From assembly GCA_963697165.1 (NCBI GenBank), contig CAVOMX010000024.1, positions 1 to 64,000 on the forward strand: DNA of 64,000 nt. Reading direction: 5' to 3'. The position numbers and the translations under genes were made by a program. Within the stretch, counting starts at the first letter, position 1. Every line of letters starts with the position of its first letter. Shown here piece by piece: positions 42,401 through 54,465 of this stretch. Under the pieces are notes generated by a model. That model was not told the origin of the DNA, made no database searches, and saw only the letters and a program-made list of their open reading frames with translations. Origin of the DNA: Candidatus Bathyarchaeota archaeon. GTDB taxonomy: Archaea > Thermoproteota > Bathyarchaeia > Bathyarchaeales > Bathyarchaeaceae.

Positions 42401-42837
42401 ACATGGGCAACTCCGAAAGCATATACAAAAAATTTGGAAAAATGACCGACAAACTACACAGCCAACTAGTTTTGGCGGAAAAGATCGAAGCTGTAGACGC
42501 CGACGTAGTTGCTAGAAAGGTTCTGACCACACATTTTGTGCGCGACATCGCTGGAAACCTAAGAGCCTTTACCACTCAAAAGTTTCGTTGCAAAGGCTGT
42601 AACAAAAAGTTCAGAAGAATGCCTCTTCTAGGCAAGTGTCCTGCATGTAAGAGTGATCTGATTCTTACTGTGTACCGTGGAGGGATTGAGAAGTATTTGC
42701 CCGCGGCGACTCAGCTCGTTAAGAAGTATGGTCTTCCTGAGTATTATGCTCAGAGGCTTTCTATGGTGGAAGAGGAAATCTTGACTTTGTTTGAGGGCAA
42801 GAAGCCTAGGCAGAGCAGTCTCGCCTCCTTTTCATGA
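39423..42837 (+). CDS. DNA polymerase D large subunit DP2 (three frameshifts; no intein seen)
   Basis: YAGPIRSAGGT, GGFRLRYGRSRNTG, GARMGRPEKA, HSAKRRDCDGDED, C-terminal CxxC pairs and PIP-like QSSLASF. Confidence 0.97.
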
Positions 42838-42881
42838 GTTTTGTAGATGCAAATCTTTTTTGCCTTAGCACCTAACATATC

Positions 42882-43193
42882 TTGAGGAGCGTGTTCAGGT
42901 TAACTCATCACCCTAATGCCTTCTTGTCTCTAAAAAGGAACATTAAACCCGGCTTGTCGGCTAGGACACAAATACTTTCTGTGCTTGAGAAACGAATATC
43001 CACAACTAGAAAGATTTCCCGAGAAACAGGGCTGAGCTACGCAGCCGTTCTTTATCATCTTCATCTTCTTGAGGCAGAGAACATCATAATCCGCAGGGGC
43101 AGGCGCTTCTACTGTTTGGGAATTAACTGGTGCAGGACAGCAAAGACTGTTAGATGGGAATTGACGCTAGAATGGGCATTCACAGGGCGATAG
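42882..43193 (+). CDS. ArsR-like winged-helix protein
   Basis: RTQILSVL...TRKISRETGLSYAAVLYHLHLLE; 3' end probably frameshifted. Confidence 0.75.
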   Translation: MRSVFRLTHHPNAFLSLKRNIKPGLSARTQILSVLEKRISTTRKISRETGLSYAAVLYHLHLLEAENIIIRRGRRFYCLGINWCRTAKTVRWELTLEWAFTGR

Positions 43194-43455
43194 TCCACAC
43201 TTGGGGCACTTGTTAGGGTATTTTGAGAGTGCTGCCTTCTCTAGGTCTATGTTCTACGACGTTTGCCAGAGAAGCCAACCACGCCAAAACATCAGCAAAC
43301 TCTTTTTCGGCGACTTTCATATCCCCTTCTTTTAGGGCTTCTCTTAGCTCCTCAACTTCATCCCCGAGCCAATCTAGTGTTCCGTCTGTCCCCCGCTCGG
43401 AGTCTCTCTCAAAATATAGTTGCCGCATCATCTTCTGAAATTCGTTGATGTTCAT
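43167..43455 (-). CDS. MazG-family nucleotide pyrophosphohydrolase (3' frameshift)
   Basis: WLGDEVEEL, EFADVLAWLASLAN; shifted frame ends KYPNKCPKCGLSPCECPF*. Confidence 0.88.
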
Positions 43456-43578
43456 TTCTTCCTCATAACCTCAGTAACTCAGTTGCTTTTTGTCACATCC
43501 TCGAATCTAATAAGCTCTTCCCGCCTATGAACTTAACAGCGGCGCCGCCTCTGGATTTATGTGGCGTTTCGTTTGTTG

Positions 43579-44394
43579 TTATCTTCGTTGCCCGTAACCT
43601 TCTATGCATCCCTGCTTTATCTGACGCACCAAACTGGCAATCTCTGGCAATGTCTCCTCAGGCTTTTCGAGGTTCTTCTCGTAGATCCTAGCGTAGGCGC
43701 TTCCTGCTATTGCCCCGTCTGCTCCTGCCGCAACTACTGCTGAGGCTTGCTGTCTGGTTGAGATGCCAAACCCCGCTAGTAGGGGCATGTCCGTGTGTCT
43801 TCTGACTCTTTGGACCAGTTTCAGGGTGGAGTCTCCCATGTTCTCTCTTACTCCTGTTACGCCTTCAACGCCTATGACGTAAAGGAAACCTGATGCAATG
43901 TCCGCAATCTTCTTCAATCGTTCTTCTGTTGTTGTTGGCGCTATCTGGAATATGGGATGTATGCCGCTCTTTTTGCCTTCAGCTAACAGAACATCCGCTT
44001 CCTCAACTGGAACGTTGGGCACGATTATCGCTTGGGCGCCTGCCTCTTTTATTTTGTTCAAGAAGTTTCCTACACCCATAACGTAAGGGATGTTATAGTA
44101 AGTGGTAACTACAATCGGATTCTCTATACCCCTAGCTCTTAGTTTCTTTATGCCCTCGATGCACCTGTTTGGGGTCATGCCCTTCTCTAGCGCCCTCTCG
44201 CATACTGCCTGAAATGTTGGTCCATCCGCTGTTGGGTCAGAGAAGGGAATTCCAAACTCGAGTATGTCTGCGCCATTTTCAGCAAGCGTTTCTAGCAGCC
44301 TGAGGGAAAACTCTTCGTGGGGATCGCCATAAGTAAACGTGGGGCATATGTGCGCCCTCTCCCTTACTTTGAAGTTCTCGGAATTTGTCTTCAA
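43579..44394 (-). CDS. trpA: Tryptophan synthase alpha chain
   Basis: LEFGIPFSDPTADGP, GVTG, AGFGIS. Confidence 0.95.
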   Translation of the reverse strand: MKTNSENFKVRERAHICPTFTYGDPHEEFSLRLLETLAENGADILEFGIPFSDPTADGPTFQAVCERALEKGMTPNRCIEGIKKLRARGIENPIVVTTYYNIPYVMGVGNFLNKIKEAGAQAIIVPNVPVEEADVLLAEGKKSGIHPIFQIAPTTTEERLKKIADIASGFLYVIGVEGVTGVRENMGDSTLKLVQRVRRHTDMPLLAGFGISTRQQASAVVAAGADGAIAGSAYARIYEKNLEKPEETLPEIASLVRQIKQGCIEGYGQRR

Positions 44395-45569
44395 GATTCA
44401 TGGAAATACCTCATAATCGTTTCTAGGTCCTTGTCGCCTCTTCCAGAATAGTTCAAAACAACAAGTTCCTCTTCCGCAAACTCTTCTTTGTGATTCAACA
44501 TATATGCGATGGCGTGAGCTGTTTCAAGTGCGGGTATCAATCCCTCGGTTCTGGCACATCACTTTTACTGCCTCAAAAACTTCCTTGTCGAAGGCGCAGC
44601 CTGACTTTACCCTTCCGCTGTTAACTAGAAACGATATTTCTGGTCCTCTTCCAGGATAGTTGAGTCCTGCGGCTCGTGTTCTTGACGGCTTTATCTGCCC
44701 GTTTTCGTCTTGCAGAACCTGCATTACGGCGCCATGTAGATATGCCTGGTTTGCCTATTTTGAAGGCTGCAGCGCTGTTGTCGGCTTCTAGGCTTTCGCC
44801 TCCGCCCTCAACAAAAACAAGTTTCACGTCTTTTTCGTTGATGAATGGTCTGAAGGCTCCTAATGCGTTGCTTCCTCCGCTTCCGCAAGCCACTATCGTG
44901 TCTGGTAGTCTGCCCTCTTTTTCGAGTATCTGTTCTTTGATTTCCCTTCCAATCACGCTCTGAAATGTTGCGACAATCTCTGGATACGGATGGGGACCCA
45001 CAGTTGAGCCCATAAGATAATGGGTGGTCTTGTGAACAGGCAGTCCATTTTCGTAGAGTATCAGAGACTGCATCTTTTAGAACTCCCATCCCGATGTCGA
45101 CTGGAGTTACTTTTGCTCCCAAGCAGTTTGATCCGTTTTACGTTGCTTGCCTGCCGTTTGATGTCCTTCACACCCATGAAGACCTCTGTCTCTAGTCCGC
45201 AGATGTTGCCTGCCATTGCTGTTGCAAGTCCATGCTGTCCTGCAGCGGTTTCTGTTATCATCCTTGTTTTTCCCATTTCCTTTGTCAGGAGCGCCTGACC
45301 TAGGGCATTGTTGAGTTTATGTGAGCCTCCGCATACTAGGTCTTCTCTTTTGAGGTAAACTTTGCATCCGACAAGTTCGCTAAAGTTCTTCGCATGATAG
45401 AGCGGGGTTGGTCTTCCAGCATAATCCTGTCAGTAATCCGTTGAGTTTCTCTTGAAATTCTAGCTGTCGGGTAATGCTTCTCAAAAGCTGCTTCCAACTC
45501 GATCAGAATCGGCATCAGTATCTCGTTTACATACTGTCCGCCATATTCTCCAAATTTTCCCTTTTTCAC
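44391..45569 (-). CDS. trpB: Tryptophan synthase beta chain (frameshifted)
   Basis: [57 protein letters not shown]. Confidence 0.95.
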
Positions 45570-45581
45570 TTTCTGTCACCT

Positions 45582-46248
45582 TTAGTTGTTTTGTAGTTTG
45601 ATTTGTTTTGCATTTTCAACAAAAGCGCTGACCTTTCTCGTGATCCTTAACTCCCGGGCTAGCTTCAACGCCGCTGGCAACATCAACGGCGTAGGGCTTG
45701 ACTGTTAGAATGGCTTCTTTGACGTTCTCGGGCTTGAGTCCCCCAGCCAAAATTACTGGAACTGGCGCAACAGCTTCCTTGATTTGCATGCTTACTGTCC
45801 AGTCGTGAACCTTGCCTGTTCCGCCATATTGATCCTTTGTGAAAGAGTCCAAAAGAATTGCGTCAAAACTTTTTGAATCCTCTTAAACTTGCATCGTTTA
45901 GGCTGTCCGCTTTCACGTAAACAGTTTTTATCAAACGAGTATATTTTATCCTCTCACGAATTTCTGAAGCAACAAAACGTTTTTTCCCGTGGATTTGAAT
46001 TGCCGACGGTTTTAGATTTTCACAGATTTCAGCTAATTCCTCAATGTTTTGGGGCGCAGTAACGACTACGCTGTCAACAAAAATTGGCACATGACTCAAC
46101 AATATTTAGCCCTTTCTAGCGTCAAGATTTCTTGGCGACGAAGGAACGCCCACAAGAAAGCCAACAGCATCTGCTCCCGCAGTCAAGGCTACAGTCCAAA
46201 TCCTCTGTCTCTTGTTAACCCACAAATCTTCACTCTGACGCTTCTCAA
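45582..46248 (-). CDS. trpF: Phosphoribosylanthranilate isomerase (frameshifted)
   Basis: VKICGLT, IQIHG, GGTGKVHDW, LAGGLKPENV, VDVASGVE. Confidence 0.93.
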
Positions 46249-47020
46249 TGGGCAGTAACAAACTCCTTGACCTTTTGTTCGATATTGTCAGCCATCATGA
46301 CTGATGAGCCAATTAAAAAAGCTTGAGCACCACATCCGCGAAGAAACAGCAGGTCCGCGGGGTCATTACTCCGCTTTCGCTAACAACAACCTTACTGTTG
46401 TTTTCAGTTTCCTTAGGATTCTCTCTGTTATGTGGAGGTCAACCTTAAGCGTTCTTAGGTCACGGTTGTTGATTCCAACCAAATCAGCATCGGTTTCTAT
46501 GGCTGTTGGAACTCGTCTTCGTTGTGGGTCTCTAGCAGAACCTCAAGGCTTCTAGCGTGCGCCAGTTAGATCATCTCGTCGAGGCTAAGTTCGCAGTATC
46601 TCCGCTTCAAAAAGTGCTTCTATCAGAAGAACAACATTGGCACCGATTTTTGAAGCAGTTTCAAGCTGTATTGGTCTAGATTATGTCCTTCATGAGGATC
46701 GGAAGCCTCACCGCTTCTCTGACCTTTGCTAAGGTAACTGAGAGAGCCTCTGAAATGTTTAGGTTCTGTTAAAACCGATATTCCTGTTGCCCCACCTTTT
46801 TCCATGGCTCTTGCAATTTCTGCTGGATCAAAATCTGTTTTGATTGTGCCTCTGGAGGGTGATGCTGCTTTGACTTCTGTTATTACTGCGTTTTGTTTGC
46901 TTTCGACAATCGCCTTTCTGAGACTAACAGAAGGAGCTGAGAGCTGAGTTGAACCTTATAGTAACCCTCAGTGACGGTTTCTTTGGCGTCCCGTGCTAGA
47001 GTGTCAAGATAGTCAGGCAT
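46245..47020 (-). CDS. trpC: Indole-3-glycerol phosphate synthase (frameshifted)
   Basis: ITEVKAASPS, ISVLTEPKHF, GINNRDL, SESG across fragments. Confidence 0.9.
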
Positions 47021-48081
47021 GTTTCGTTCTCCAACTGTTCAAGCTTTGAAAGGTCTCCGCCAGAGAATTTGATTAGTTCCTTGAGTTTCTTGTAGGCGGC
47101 TCCGCTTTCAATCGATTCTTTTGCGGTTTCTATTCCGTAACCAAAATCTTCAGCCTCGCCCGCAGACGATAATGGCGGCAGCTCCGTTGACTTGGACAAT
47201 TTCTCTTCTGGGATCATCAGCTCCAATGCATCCATACAAGATTTTGAAGGCAAGCTCAGCGCTTTCTTCTGGCGTAGTTCCTTTGATGTCCTCTAGTCTT
47301 GGCTGTTTTGTGCCGAAATCTTTTGGAGCCATTTCCCTTGTTGTAACCTTGCCATTTCTTAACCACGAAATACGCCGTCTTTCCAATTGTGGATATCTCA
47401 TCTAATCCGTCCAAGCCGTGGACAACCATCGCTTCTTCGCAGCCAAGACTCTTCAGCGAATATGCCAGCGGCTCTGTTAGTTTGGGGTCGTAAACTCCTA
47501 GCAGTTGGGCATCTGGCGTCCGCAGGGTTCGTTAGGGGACCAAGAACATTGAAAACAGTTCTGATGCCCATCTCTCTTCTTGGACCAATAGCGTATTTCA
47601 TGGCTGGATGAAAGGCAGGAGCAAACATGAAACCCACACCCACCTTTTCGATAGCCTTCTCAACGTTTTCAGGTTCAACGTTAAGGTTGAGTCCCAGCCT
47701 CTCCAAAACGTCGGCGCTGCCGCATTTGCTGGTGACTGACCTGTTTCCGTGCTTAGCCACCGAAATATCTGCTCCTGCAACAACAAAAGCGACGGTGGTG
47801 CTGATGTTGAATGTTTTAATTTTGTCTCCTCCTGTTCCGCAGGTGTCAACAAGCCGCCCTTTACTTTGGGACGTATTTGGTGGCAGCATCTCCTTCATTA
47901 CTGTGGTGAAGGCTGTGATTTCCGTTCGGCTGTTTCACCCTTCATTCTGAGTGCTGTCAAGAATGCACCTATCTGAGCGTTTGTTGCTTCGCCGGACATG
48001 ATTTCTTTCATGGTTGCCGTAGACTCTTCGTAGGTTAAATCGGCGCCATTGACCAGTTTGTGTATGACTTTCTTTGATCAT
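46996..48081 (-). CDS. trpD: Anthranilate phosphoribosyltransferase (frameshifted)
   Basis: [38 protein letters not shown]. Confidence 0.95.
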
Positions 48082-48671
48082 TTTTTGTTTCTTCCTTCAA
48101 GAAAGTTTTTGATGATCTTTTTTCCATCCTCACACAGTATCGATTCGGGATGGAACTGCAATCCCGTAATTGGGTATGTTCTGTGGCGGACTCGCCATAA
48201 TTTCGCCGTCATCAGTTGATTCGGCGGTTACTTCGATACATGGGGGAATAGATGTTTCTTTCTCCAACAAGCGAATGATAACGGGTTGCCTTAAACGGAT
48301 TTTTGACGTCCTTAAAAACGCCTTTCCCATCATGTTTTATCATGCTTGTTTTTCCATGCATCAGCCGATTTGCCCGCACAATTTTTCCGCCAAAAACCGA
48401 GATTATTCCCTGATTCCCCAAGGCAAACTCCTAGTGTGGGAATCTTACAGCTCATCTCTCGCAAGACTGCAGAGCAAACTCCAAAATAGTGCGGGTCTTC
48501 GGGTGTTCCGGGACCCGGAGAGATTACTATCCGCTGTGGGTCTAGTTCAATGGCTTGTTGTAGTGTTATTTGGTCGTTTCTGTATACTGTTGGGTCTCCT
48601 CCAAGCTCTCCGATGTACTGGACGAGATTGTAGACGAAGGAATCGTAGTTGTCGATAACAAGCACTTTCAC
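48078..48671 (-). CDS. trpG: Anthranilate synthase component II (frameshifted)
   Basis: [34 protein letters not shown]. Confidence 0.95.
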
Positions 48672-50075
48672 TTGTTTTCACTTCCTGAAACTTCTAATGC
48701 TTTGATTAGTGCACGGGCTTTGTGCTCTGTTTCGAACCATTCTTTTTCTGGGTCAGAGTCTGCTACTATTCCCGCCCCAACTTGGATGTGGGCATTTTCT
48801 CCATTAGATACAAGCGTTCTGATTGCTATTGCAAAATCTGCGTTGCCGTTGTAGGAGAAGTAGCCTACTGCGCCCGCGTATGGTCCCCTTCTTGTCGGCT
48901 CAAGCTCTTCGATTATCTCCATTGCCCTGACTTTCGGGGCTCCTGAGACTGTGCCTGCTGGAAAAACAGCCCTTAACGCGTCATAAGCGTCACATTCGTC
49001 TTTTAGGTCACCAACAACCCGTGAAACGATGTGTTGCACGTGGCTGTATTGGTGTACTTTCATGAATTCTGGGAGGTGAACGCTTCCAAACTTGGATACT
49101 TTTCCAATGTCGTTTCTGCCTAGGTCCACTAGCATCACATGTTCGGCGCGTTCTTTGGGGTCTGCCAGTAACTCCTCGGTTAGCGTTTGTTCTCTTTGGG
49201 TCTTTTACGTGGGGTCTTGTGCCTGCTATCGGAAAAGTTTCAACTGCCCTGTTTTCGACCCGTACAAGCATTTCAGGGCTTGAACCCACTATCTGATGTT
49301 CTCCTGATTTCAGGAAGTACATGTACGGTGATGGGTTTATCTTTCTGAGATTTCGGTAGAAACCAATCAGGTTGCCTCTGATTCGAAAGTCGAATCTTTT
49401 GGAGAGAACAACCTGAAAAATGTCGCCAGCGGTTACGTATTCTTTTGCTTTCTCTACCGACTTCTCAAAGCGCTCCTTGGATGTGTTGACTTTTAATTGT
49501 TTATGCGATAGAGTTTCGTTGTTGTCCGTTTCTTGTAGCCGTTTATTGATTTCGTCTAACCTATTTTCGTGTAGGTAATAGTAGAATGCCTGCCTGTTCT
49601 GTGGTCATAGATGATGCCGTCATCAAAAATTCCGACTTTAACATCAGGAAATTGCTGGTCATCAAGTGCTTTTTGGGGAAGTTTTTCCCAGTATCGGACT
49701 GCATCATAGGAGATGTATCCGACGGCTCCGCCGACGAATCTTTGTTCCTTAAATCCAGGTCTGTTTCGGAGTGTCTTTGCGATTACCGTTAATGGTTCGT
49801 TAACTTTTTCTCTTTCTTTTTCGATCAGTTCTTTTGTTGTGGGTAATTGCTTCTCCGTTTTTGATTATGATTGTTAATTCTGGGTTGAATCCTATGAATG
49901 AGTATTGTGAAAGCTTCTCTGGGCCTTCAATTGATTCGAGAATGTATGCGTTTTCGTAGTGGTTATAGAGTTTTGAGAAGATTTCGAGAGGCGATTTGTT
50001 GAAGGATATTTTTTTAATCTTCAGTTGGCCAGTAAGTGGAGTCTTTGACGTGTTGGGTTTGTGGATGCCAAACAT
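48668..50075 (-). CDS. trpE: Anthranilate synthase component I (frameshifted)
   Basis: [44 protein letters not shown]. Confidence 0.95.
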
Positions 50076-50299
50076 TATCCCTCATTTTCCAGCTCTCCCA
50101 AGGAGCATTGATAGACTATAGGCGTCATATTTAAAGCTTCTGAGTATAAATATGTACGTTAAAGCCTGCTTTTGCTCTTGCCAAAACATGCGAAAACTAA
50201 GCAAATAGTTGACACTTTCTAAAAAACAAGCACCCCAATTCCCCAATCAGATACGTAACTTTAATTAACTTCTCTTGAACTTTTATAAAATGAACCAAA

Positions 50300-50476
50300 A
50301 TGGGTATGCGAAAGAAGAAACAGAAAGACGGAGCACGAATGCCCGCTCAAGGCGCTGGACTCCTACGCTTCTTTGAAGAGGACACGAGAGGTCTTAAAGT
50401 TAAACCTGAAGTAGCTGTTATCTTAGCAATAGCTCTTATAGCCGGTAGCCTTTTGGCAACAATCTTTTTAGTATAA
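50300..50476 (+). CDS. Preprotein translocase subunit Sec61beta
   Basis: Not in the ORF track. MGMRKKKQKDGARMPAQGAGLLRFFEEDTRGLKVKPEVAVILAIALIAGSLLATIFLV* carries the AGL.RFF.E...K..P motif plus one TM helix. Confidence 0.9.
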   Translation: MGMRKKKQKDGARMPAQGAGLLRFFEEDTRGLKVKPEVAVILAIALIAGSLLATIFLV

Positions 50477-50480
50477 CTTT

Positions 50481-50759
50481 CTACTTTTCGTGCAGAACTT
50501 CGATTCGCTGAACCGAGCTTAGGTTAACAAAAATTTCGCTTCTATTTTCTCTGCTTACAATCTGCGGCACCGGCTGAGCTATCGTAGACCGCAACGTAAC
50601 AACTTCAGCATCAGAAAGCCAGATTCCTGGAGGTTCTCTGGTTACAGCGGCTAATGTTCCTTCAAACCCGTAGGAAGGATCCACAATCGCAATCATCTTC
50701 CGTCCAACATGCCGCTCAAGAATCTGGAATACGGACGGAGGGGGACTAGCATTTGACAT
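50481..50759 (-). CDS. Divergent Sm/Lsm-like protein
   Basis: Helix followed by VGRKMIAIV..GFEGTL...IWLSDAE...IFVNLSSVQRIE, the Sm1/Sm2 pattern. Confidence 0.55.
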   Translation of the reverse strand: MSNASPPPSVFQILERHVGRKMIAIVDPSYGFEGTLAAVTREPPGIWLSDAEVVTLRSTIAQPVPQIVSRENRSEIFVNLSSVQRIEVLHEK

Positions 50760-51035
50760 AGCCCTTAAGTTTACTTCGGAATTGCCATAAAAGCTTTTAC
50801 ACCCCAAAATTATGATTTTAAACATACTTTCTGGGGGGTGCCTCGGATACGGGCATCCAATTTGTCAATGTTTTTTCATAAAAGCGTTACTAGAATTTTC
50901 CTAACATAATCCCATTTATGTAAAAACGGTTCTCTGCTACCGTTTTCGCGGCACATTTAAGTAGACCTAAGGAGGGAAAAATATAACATTAATGTTTTTG
51001 AAGGTTTTTCCTATAACAGATGGCTGAGAGGCTTC

Positions 51036-52862
51036 GTGGTGAACGACGAAACAACGGATAAATACATTGACAAGGTAGTGAAACGCTATTCTAAACTATT
51101 TAGTCTTCCTTCCCAAAACAGAATCACAATTTATCTTGGATTCCTGTCTCTGCACGGCGGAATCTTGTCGATACTGCCCTTGAATTTGTCTCTGGAAAAC
51201 TTTGTAGTTGGTCTAGGTTTCGGGGCAATCTTTCTTTTCCTAACGTTGTTCTCGGACTTTATCGTCAGCCGCACTTCAATGAGGCATGATCTTATCTTCA
51301 ATTTGAGACGCTGTTCAGCCCTTTCACTCTTCTCTTCCCTCATATGGTTCGGAGTGCTTCTTCTAGGCGGCTTAATAAGTGCCCTTCTAAGCGCTCCAGA
51401 CATTTGGATAAAATTCTTCTTCTTGGGATTCAGTGGAGCCCTGATACTTCGGCTGCTGGTTCTGTCAGTCACATCCTTCTCGGGAGCTGGAGGAGTCCTC
51501 TTCTCTTCCCTCTTGCAACCCGTCCTAGTTCTGATTCCTCTCCTTTTTATGGGCTCTACAATTGGGTATACACCAGAGACGCAGTTTCTGCTTTTTGCTT
51601 CAGTTTCTGTCTCTGCTGCTCTCGTGACTGTGTTTATTTTCAAATACTTCATGGATCGAGTAGGTACAGGAAGCCTCGGCATAGCCTCCTCCGTCCTCTT
51701 TAAAGCCTTTTTAGCTAATTGGACAGAGGATCTTATTGCCCCCTTGGAGACTTTCTTTGAGAAACTTGGTAACCTGAAAGACATCAAAGTCTCCTTGTTG
51801 ACCTTCAGAGCTGGAGAAAAACTAAAGGCGGCGATTGTTGTTCCAGCCCTTCATCCGGGTCCATTCAAGAATCTTGGAAGTAGCCTCCTTCCTTCTCTGA
51901 TTCAAACAGCGATTCAGGACCGGTTTGGTTGTGTTGTTTCTGTTCCTCACGGGTTAGTGGGTCACGAATTAGATGTTGCTTCGCAGTCTCAAAATCAAAG
52001 AGTTGTCGAGAGTATAATTGGATTTGTGGGTTCATCATCCAGCTACTCTAAAGCTACTCCCATGGTGCGAACCGAAAATGGGGACGCAAAAACTAGTTGC
52101 CAAGTATTTGGGGAATGCGCTTTTCTCACCTTAACTACTGCTCCGAAAACCATGGAAGACCTTCCTCCGGAACTAGATGCCTTTATTGTCGGCGAAGCTG
52201 CGAAACGGGGGCTTTCTGCCCTTGCAATCGATGCCCACAACAGTATGGGGGGTCAATTTAATCTAGAGCATGCTGTAAACTCCTTCAGTGGAGCTTCTCT
52301 GGCTTGTCTCGAAGAGGCGCTGAAAAGCAAGAATTCGTCTTTAAAGGTGGGAGCGTCAACAGTTGTGCCTCAAGATTTCACTGTTCAGGATGGCATGGGT
52401 CATGGAGGCATAAGCGTTATTGTCACCGAGGTCAGCGGGCATAAGGCGGCTTATGTGACCATCGATGGAAACAACATGGTGTCTGGTTTAAGAGAAAAAA
52501 TTCTTTCGTCAATAAAGGAGCTAGGAATAGACGATGGGGAGATTCTTACCACTGACACTCATTCTGTGTGCGGCATGATACGTAGCACTCGCGGCTACAA
52601 TCTGGTTGGCGAAGCAATCGATCACTCAAAACTCATCAGCTACATCAAAGAGGCGACAACTATTGCTTTGGGTAACATGGAGCCTGGAACTACATCGTGG
52701 CGCACCGAATTAATCTCTGATGTTAAAGTTATTGGTGAGCAGCAGATAACAGAATTAACTGTTTTAGCTGACAAAACAACAGAACACGTTAAACGGGTCG
52801 CTTTGTTCCTCTTTCCCACGGTTGCAGTCCTTCTAAGTAGCCTTCTGCTTTTTCTCCTTTAG
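51036..52862 (+). CDS. DUF2070 family membrane protein
   Basis: Several N-terminal TM helices, HPGPFKNLGSS, IDAHN, IDGNNM, TTDTH. Confidence 0.88.
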   Translation: MVNDETTDKYIDKVVKRYSKLFSLPSQNRITIYLGFLSLHGGILSILPLNLSLENFVVGLGFGAIFLFLTLFSDFIVSRTSMRHDLIFNLRRCSALSLFSSLIWFGVLLLGGLISALLSAPDIWIKFFFLGFSGALILRLLVLSVTSFSGAGGVLFSSLLQPVLVLIPLLFMGSTIGYTPETQFLLFASVSVSAALVTVFIFKYFMDRVGTGSLGIASSVLFKAFLANWTEDLIAPLETFFEKLGNLKDIKVSLLTFRAGEKLKAAIVVPALHPGPFKNLGSSLLPSLIQTAIQDRFGCVVSVPHGLVGHELDVASQSQNQRVVESIIGFVGSSSSYSKATPMVRTENGDAKTSCQVFGECAFLTLTTAPKTMEDLPPELDAFIVGEAAKRGLSALAIDAHNSMGGQFNLEHAVNSFSGASLACLEEALKSKNSSLKVGASTVVPQDFTVQDGMGHGGISVIVTEVSGHKAAYVTIDGNNMVSGLREKILSSIKELGIDDGEILTTDTHSVCGMIRSTRGYNLVGEAIDHSKLISYIKEATTIALGNMEPGTTSWRTELISDVKVIGEQQITELTVLADKTTEHVKRVALFLFPTVAVLLSSLLLFLL

Positions 52863-52929
52863 CGCTTAACTCATCAAATTTCCGAAAGCCTTATTCTTTA
52901 TGTTTCTCTTTCAAGTTAGGGGTTGTGTT

Positions 52930-53409
52930 TTGAGTTCAAACGATGAGCTAGTTGCTCTTTTCAAAAATCAAATCAAAATCGAGAAAATAATTGTCGATTC
53001 AGTGGCTGAGGGCTTAGTTGAGCTAAAGAATCCAGCTGTCAAGGGGGTCTTGAAGGGAATTTCTTTAGATTCTACGAAGCACGCCGAAATGTATTCCTCC
53101 GCCATTAACCTGTTAACCAGCATCCCTCAAGCTTTGACAGAAGGTAACCTTGACAAACAGAGAGCTCTTGTAGAGAAGCACATACGGCTAGAGGCAGAGA
53201 TAATCAAGAAACTCCGAGAGGTCATTCCCTCTATCCAAAACAAGAAAGTTAAGCTTCTCTTAACCGCGATACTGTCCGATGAGGTTAGACATCACACTCT
53301 ATTGAAGAAAGTCTTGGACATCCTCGTTAGAGGAGAAACCATAACAGATAATGACTGGTGGGATGTCCTGTGGGAAAACGTTCCATTCCACGGAGCCCCA
53401 GGCGGATAA
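52930..53409 (+). CDS. Ferritin-like four-helix-bundle protein
   Basis: E...DSTKH and E...DEVRH di-metal motifs. Confidence 0.75.
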   Translation: MSSNDELVALFKNQIKIEKIIVDSVAEGLVELKNPAVKGVLKGISLDSTKHAEMYSSAINLLTSIPQALTEGNLDKQRALVEKHIRLEAEIIKKLREVIPSIQNKKVKLLLTAILSDEVRHHTLLKKVLDILVRGETITDNDWWDVLWENVPFHGAPGG

Positions 53410-53488
53410 AAAAAGAAAAACTGTTTTGACTGAAAGAGACAAGGCAACGCAAAACCGTCGCCTTTTCCCGGTCAGTTCATTCAACAGA

Positions 53489-54449
53489 TTATGCTATTTC
53501 GCACGCTTTCAATAGTTTTTTCCAGCGGCGGTCAGTTTCGCTCTGAATCTCTTCCAGAATATGCATGTTTTCGGGCTTGAATAGGTGCCTGAATCTTCGT
53601 TGCGTTTTCAAGTATATCTCTACTGGCATTTTTTTCTCTGGCTTCAGAGCTATTGTCTTGCTTTGTGGCGAAAGCTTGTATTCGCCGTATTCGGCTTCCC
53701 AAAGTGGGAAGATGCATGTTTCAACTGCTAAGCGAGCGATTTCAACGGTTTTTTCGTTTTCGCTTCTCCAGCCTCTTGGGCAGGGAGCAAAAGTGTGTAG
53801 GAATGCTGGTCCGTTTACTTCCATTCCTTTTCTGGCTTTCATTACTAGGTCTTTCCAGTATGCTATGTTGGCTGTGGCGACGTAGGGCATTTCGTGGGCA
53901 ACCATTATGTCTGCTATTGGCTTTTTGTGTTCAGCTTTTCCTGGGATAACTTTTCCTGCTGGCGAAGTTGTTGTCCATGCTCCGTGTGGTGTGCCTCCGC
54001 TTCTCTGTATTCCCGTGTTCATGTATGCTTCGTTGTCGTAGAGCACGTAGAGGAAGTCGTGTCCTCTTTCAACTGCGCCGGACAATGCTTGGAAGCCTAT
54101 GTCAAAGGTTCCGCCGTCTCCAGCGAAGGCAACAACGTCCACGTGTTCATCTTTTATGCGCCCCTTCTTCTTTAGAATTTTCAGTGCTGACTCTATTCCA
54201 GACGCATTGGCGGCTACGTTCTCGAAGGCGGTGTGTATCCATGGTACTGTTCCAGGCTGTGTATGGGTAGATTGTTGAGACTACCTCCATGCAGCCTGTG
54301 GCGTTTGTGGCTATGACTGGTCCTCTTGTCGCCTTCATTACCAATCGAAGAACTATTGCTGGACCGCATCCCGCGCAGGCTCTGTGTCCAGCCGCAAACT
54401 TTTCGGGTATTTGAGCGAATTCTTTAGTTGTAAATTTCCATTCTGACAA
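53489..54449 (-). CDS. porB: Pyruvate/2-oxoacid:ferredoxin oxidoreductase beta subunit (frameshifted)
   Basis: GHRACAGCG, ATGCMEV, GDGGTFDIG...YDNEAYMNTGIQRS, APCPRGW. Confidence 0.95.
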
Positions 54450-54465
54450 TCCTTTTCACACCATC

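Noticed and set aside
39423..42837. Intein in DP2
   Set aside because: The summed fragments match an intein-free length and no intein terminal motifs were seen.
43579..50075. trp operon as decaying pseudogenes
   Set aside because: The same kind of indel affects indispensable genes (priS, DP2, uL16, aIF5A), and the catalytic motifs are intact.
51131..51787. 218-aa antisense ORF, and similar antisense ORFs throughout the window
   Set aside because: Shadow frames of well-supported genes on the opposite strand.
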